From Chlamydiales bacterium (GTDB taxonomy: Bacteria; Chlamydiota; Chlamydiia; Chlamydiales; JBDQID01), in assembly GCA_047611865.1 (NCBI GenBank), contig JBLFWS010000054.1, positions 1-19,937 on the forward strand: a stretch of DNA of 19,937 nucleotides, in the 5' to 3' direction. Below the pieces are notes generated by a model. The model made no database searches. It saw only the letters and a list, made by a program, of their open reading frames with translations, and was not told the DNA's origin. Numbering within the stretch: position 1 is the stretch's first letter; every line of letters begins with the position of its first letter. Both the position numbers and the translations under genes were made by a program. Of the stretch, positions 16,605-19,937 are shown piece after piece.

Positions 16605-17048
16605 ATGAGCGATAATAAGGATAAGGATGTCGCCAGGATGTATAAGCGTAAGCAAATTGAATCTGCTTCGCCTGGTAGGCTCATTGTGATGCTATATGAT
16701 GCAGTCTTAGACAATCTTAAGAAAGCTGAAGAAGTCATAACTGGAGATGAAGCGGATCGCTTCGAAAAGTTTCATAATCATATGATGACGAGTCAGAATA
16801 TTATTACGGAACTCACTGTTGCTTTGGATATGGAGAAAGGTGGAGAAATCGCCAAAAACCTGTTCCGATTATATGACTTTTGCAACTGGAGACTGGTAGA
16901 TGGTAATGTCAAGAAGGACACAAAAGCTATCCAGGAAGTAAGAAAAGTATTGGAGGTTCTTAAATCAGGATGGGAAGAAATACAAGATACTCCAATTCCT
17001 GATGGTGACATCAAAAAACTTAATCAAGGTCTTAATTTACAAGGGTAA
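16605..17048 (+). CDS. fliS: flagellin export chaperone FliS
   Basis: Y..QIESASPGRLIVMLYD, QNIITELTVALDMEKGGEIAKNLFRLYDF..WRL...N, VL..LKSGW: the classical FliS signature. GAGAGG RBS. Confidence 0.93.
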   Translation: MSDNKDKDVARMYKRKQIESASPGRLIVMLYDAVLDNLKKAEEVITGDEADRFEKFHNHMMTSQNIITELTVALDMEKGGEIAKNLFRLYDFCNWRLVDGNVKKDTKAIQEVRKVLEVLKSGWEEIQDTPIPDGDIKKLNQGLNLQG

Positions 17049-17050
17049 GT

Positions 17051-17464
17051 ATGGATTGGGCATCGGAACTCGTCACAAATTTGCAGGAAAAGTTGGATCA
17101 AGCTCTGGAAAATGTCAATGCCTTGCATAAGGCATCTTCCGGAAATATTGACGGCGAAGACTTTAAGTGCTTGCAAAGTCAGCAAGATGAAATCTTATCA
17201 CAGCTCTTAGAAGCGGACCAAAAACTATGCAAAGAATATGGATCAAAATGGTATGCCCAAAAACCCCTTAGTCATCTGCAGATTAAGGACAAAATTAAAG
17301 CTATTGAAGAGCTTAATAGCTGTTTTATTGAAAATATGAAGGTCAGGAAAGGACTCCTGGAAATAGAACTTCAGGGATTAAGCAAAACTAAGAGAACGTT
17401 CTCTAAAATGAAAACTTATTATGGGAAGGTAAAAAAAAGGCTCCGCATCAATGTCTTCTCATAA
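17051..17464 (+). CDS. helical flagellar chaperone-like protein (FliT/FlgN-like)
   Basis: 137 aa, apparently coiled-coil/helical, starting 2 nt after the fliS stop. Position and size match fliT/flgN. Confidence 0.55.
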   Translation: MDWASELVTNLQEKLDQALENVNALHKASSGNIDGEDFKCLQSQQDEILSQLLEADQKLCKEYGSKWYAQKPLSHLQIKDKIKAIEELNSCFIENMKVRKGLLEIELQGLSKTKRTFSKMKTYYGKVKKRLRINVFS

Positions 17465-17481
17465 ATAGAGTCAAAAATATT

Positions 17482-17509
17482 GAAAAGCGGCAAAAAAATG
17501 CCGCTTTTC
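17482..17509. terminator. bidirectional intrinsic terminator between the fliS operon and dnaJ
   Basis: Perfect 11-bp stem GAAAAGCGGCA-aaaaaa-TGCCGCTTTTC between convergent genes. Confidence 0.85.
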
Positions 17510-17563
17510 TTGATCCGGGATTACCGTTTACGAATGGGTACTGGAACTTAAGAAGTCAATACC

Positions 17564-18715
17564 CTAAGAGTTCGAAAAAAAAGATTTAATTTTCTCTAAA
17601 AAGCTCTCTTTCGTCGGTAAATTGTGTGCTAACTCCGTCTCCCCAAAGGCTCCTAGAAGTTTTTTCTGATCGTCGCTCAAAGCTGTAGGGGTCTCAACCA
17701 GAACTCGTACAAGAAGGTCTCCCTTGCCTTGACCGTGCAGATTTGGAAAGCCTTCACCGCGAATACGGAAGATTTTCCCTGTCTGGGTTCCTTCTGGGAT
17801 TGTTATGCGTGCTGCCCTGGATAGAAGTGCGGGAATGTCTTTCTTGCACCCAAGACCAGCTTCTGCAAAACCAATAGGAAGATCTAGGATGATATCGTCG
17901 CCGTGGCGGTCAAAGACGTTATGAGGCTGCACCTTGATGAAAACGTATAAGTCCCCGGGAGGACCGCCACCTTCACCAGCGTCACCGTAACCAGCCATCT
18001 TCAGGCGGGTTCCAGTATCAACACCTGCAGGTACGGGAATTTTTATCGTCTGCTTCGATTTCACACGACCGACTCCATGGCAGGAAGAGCAGGGGTCAGT
18101 AATAATTTCACCTTCACCATGACATTGCGGACACGTTGTGGCCATAGTAAAAAAACCACGACTTTGCATTAGTTGACCAGAGCCACCGCAACGGCTACAG
18201 GTTTGAATGCCGTTCTTGGAGGTAGTTCCTTGTCCACGGCAGGGGTCGCAGTTGACGTAATTTGTAATGATTGCTTCCTTCTCCACCCCGGTAGCGGCTT
18301 CCTTGAAGGTTAGGGTAACAGTAATTTTTTTGCTTGCACCCTGACGGGCATGACCTCCACCACCAGAGCCTCCTCCAAAGAAAGAGTCGAAGACAGAATC
18401 TCCGCCACCCATTCCTCCACCAAAGGCTCCCATGAACGTCCTAAGAGCGTCTTCCATTGAGTCAAAGCCCTGATGGCCTCCACCGCCGCCAGCTCCTTGA
18501 AGTCCGGCCTTGCCATAGCGGTCGTAAACTTCACGTTTCTGCTTGTCGGAAAGAACCTCGTAGGCTTCAGAGATCTCTTTAAAATGGGCCTCCGCATCGG
18601 GGTTGCCCTGATTCTTGTCGGGGTGATATTTTATTGCCATTTTTCGGTATGCCTTTTTGATCTCCTCGGGAGTCGCATCTCGGGAAATCTCTAGACATTC
18701 GTAGTACTCAGTCAT
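17564..18715 (-). CDS. dnaJ: molecular chaperone DnaJ
   Basis: J domain with HPD, G/F-rich linker, four CxxCxGxG repeats and C-terminal domain. Start placed at ATG 18715 (MTEYY); upstream alternatives extend to 18730. Confidence 0.97.
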   Translation of the reverse strand: MTEYYECLEISRDATPEEIKKAYRKMAIKYHPDKNQGNPDAEAHFKEISEAYEVLSDKQKREVYDRYGKAGLQGAGGGGGHQGFDSMEDALRTFMGAFGGGMGGGDSVFDSFFGGGSGGGGHARQGASKKITVTLTFKEAATGVEKEAIITNYVNCDPCRGQGTTSKNGIQTCSRCGGSGQLMQSRGFFTMATTCPQCHGEGEIITDPCSSCHGVGRVKSKQTIKIPVPAGVDTGTRLKMAGYGDAGEGGGPPGDLYVFIKVQPHNVFDRHGDDIILDLPIGFAEAGLGCKKDIPALLSRAARITIPEGTQTGKIFRIRGEGFPNLHGQGKGDLLVRVLVETPTALSDDQKKLLGAFGETELAHNLPTKESFLEKIKSFFSNS

Positions 18716-18962
18716 TGTATCCATAGCCACTTTGGTAAATGGTTGCTTAGTTTACTCAATTGTTATGACACAGAAAGCGTTTTTTAAAACAGCTTTTAGC
18801 AGAAATGAACTCAGAGTGTCAAAAAAGAAAAGGGGAGTCACAGGGGGGGGGGAAGGTCTTAAAATAAGAAAAAAGATAAAAAGACCCTCAAAAAAAAATC
18901 AATCCCGGAGCAAGACAGTCAGTTTAATGACTTGTATGACAACGGGACTGTTACCTGAGAGT

Positions 18963-19157
18963 TTACCTTCTCTTGGAGATCGCTTTGAGTTTGTACTTCA
19001 ATGCAGCCTTGGACTTTGCCTTGGCACGAACAGAAGGTTTCTCGTAATAACGATGAGCTTTCGCTGCTTTCATGATTCCTTCTTTGTCCAGCTTCTTCTT
19101 AAGAGCGCGAAGAGCTTTGTCAATGGAATCGCCAATCCGAACTTTTACGCTAGGCAT
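18963..19157 (-). CDS. rpsU: 30S ribosomal protein S21
   Basis: [30 protein letters not shown]...RYYEKPS. GAGGAGG RBS before ATG 19157. Confidence 0.96.
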   Translation of the reverse strand: MPSVKVRIGDSIDKALRALKKKLDKEGIMKAAKAHRYYEKPSVRAKAKSKAALKYKLKAISKRR

Positions 19158-19378
19158 GGGCCTCCTCAATACGTCGCAACTTTGTAGTTAAAAAATAGTT
19201 ATTTTTGCAATTAAGCATTGCAGTTATTTTACAAGGGTACAATAGGATATCCCCAGATATAAATCAAGTCTCAATTTAGCCATGGGTTTAACTATTATAG
19301 GGTGGTAGAAACTTATTTTAAGCCCCCTCCTATTGAAAGTCTACTGTTTGCTTTCCCAAAATCGTCGATAAATCAGTC

Positions 19379-19537
19379 TAGGTCGTGTATTAAAATTAAG
19401 GAATGTCTGATTTTGAGGGCATTTTTTTGTGATTTTGGATTGCATGAGGCACTCCATGCTTAGGTAAGCCGAGTGCAATTCAAAAGTTCGGAAAAAGGCT
19501 CCAAAAGCAGCGTTTCGTAATTTTAATACACGGCATA
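19379..19537. mobile_element. 159-bp TA-bounded palindromic element (MITE-like)
   Basis: Perfect 15-bp IR CGTGTATTAAAATTA (19384-19398) / TAATTTTAATACACG (19518-19532). Imperfect pairing continues inward (TTTTGGATTGCA / TGCAATTCAAAA). TA at both ends. Confidence 0.75.
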
Positions 19538-19676
19538 AGCAAAAGAAATCGCTGGATTTTCACTTTATTGCCTGCTTTTTCCCCTTCTTTTTAGAGAATC
19601 TTAATCAATTCCTTATCTCACCTTAAAATAAACACTTTAAAATAAGGGGATTGAAAATATACTCAGGAGAGTTATC

Positions 19677-19937
19677 ATGGCTTACTTTAATCCAATCCAC
19701 TCCTTGGCTCAGAACGTCTACCGTGCAAGGCCTGTGGCAGCACCTCTTGTCCGTCCCATCATCAACGCTCCCGTATTCTTTCATGAAATATATGTTCCTG
19801 TCTCACAAAATCCTCCCAGACTGCAGCCCCAACGTTTTCAGGCCCCCTACTATCCAGACAGGAACTATATCCAACAAGCTCATGTACGCTATGCCCAACA
19901 AGCTCCTGTACGCTATATCCAACAAGCTCCTGTACGC
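19677..19937 (+). CDS. partial Pro/Gln/Tyr-rich repeat protein (3' end beyond the window)
   Basis: AGGAG RBS, ATG 19677, 87 codons open to the window end: MAYFNPIHSLAQNVYRARPVAAPLVRPIINAPVFFHEIYVPVSQNPPRLQPQRFQAPYYPDRNYIQQAHVRYAQQAPVRYIQQAPVR. Confidence 0.75.
   Translation, partial: MAYFNPIHSLAQNVYRARPVAAPLVRPIINAPVFFHEIYVPVSQNPPRLQPQRFQAPYYPDRNYIQQAHVRYAQQAPVRYIQQAPVR
19866..19937 (+). repeat. 24-bp coding tandem repeat (at least 3 copies), Y(I/A)QQA(P/H)VR
   Basis: TATATCCAACAAGCTCATGTACGC / TATGCCCAACAAGCTCCTGTACGC / TATATCCAACAAGCTCCTGTACGC. Confidence 0.95.

Noticed and set aside
18732..19187. 151-aa + strand ORF, and the other short ORFs antisense or out of frame to identified genes
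   Set aside because: They overlap well-supported genes (here rpsU), have low-complexity or unrecognisable translations, and lack independent support.
19866..19937. 24-bp repeats as a CRISPR array
   Set aside because: The repeats are contiguous with no spacers and are in frame within a CDS.

Overview
Chromosomal segment of an environmental member of Chlamydiota. This is inferred from chlamydial-type proteins and gene order: glyA-clpP-dapF, cdsZ(CT398-like)-rnpB, ABC-F/xerC/rnz and rpsU-dnaJ. Accessory material is interspersed in this housekeeping backbone. It includes (i) a three-gene flagellar-chaperone operon (hypothetical-fliS-FliT/FlgN-like) behind a near-consensus sigma54 promoter; (ii) a RES-Xre/MbcA-type toxin-antitoxin pair whose promoter carries four TTACA motifs at exact 11-bp spacing; (iii) eukaryote-like effector candidates, including a 422-codon F-box + ankyrin-like gene missed by the ORF track because of one in-frame TGA, an RI-like LRR protein and an Inc-like protein; (iv) small non-autonomous elements: a 210-bp IS903-like MITE with a 9-bp target duplication containing a nested 9-nt-periodic inverted repeat, a related 9-nt-periodic cluster downstream of rnpB, and a 159-bp TA-bounded palindrome; (v) a partial Pro/Gln/Tyr-rich gene whose 24-bp tandem repeat runs off the window end. 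All family assignments come from motif recognition by eye; no database searches were run.
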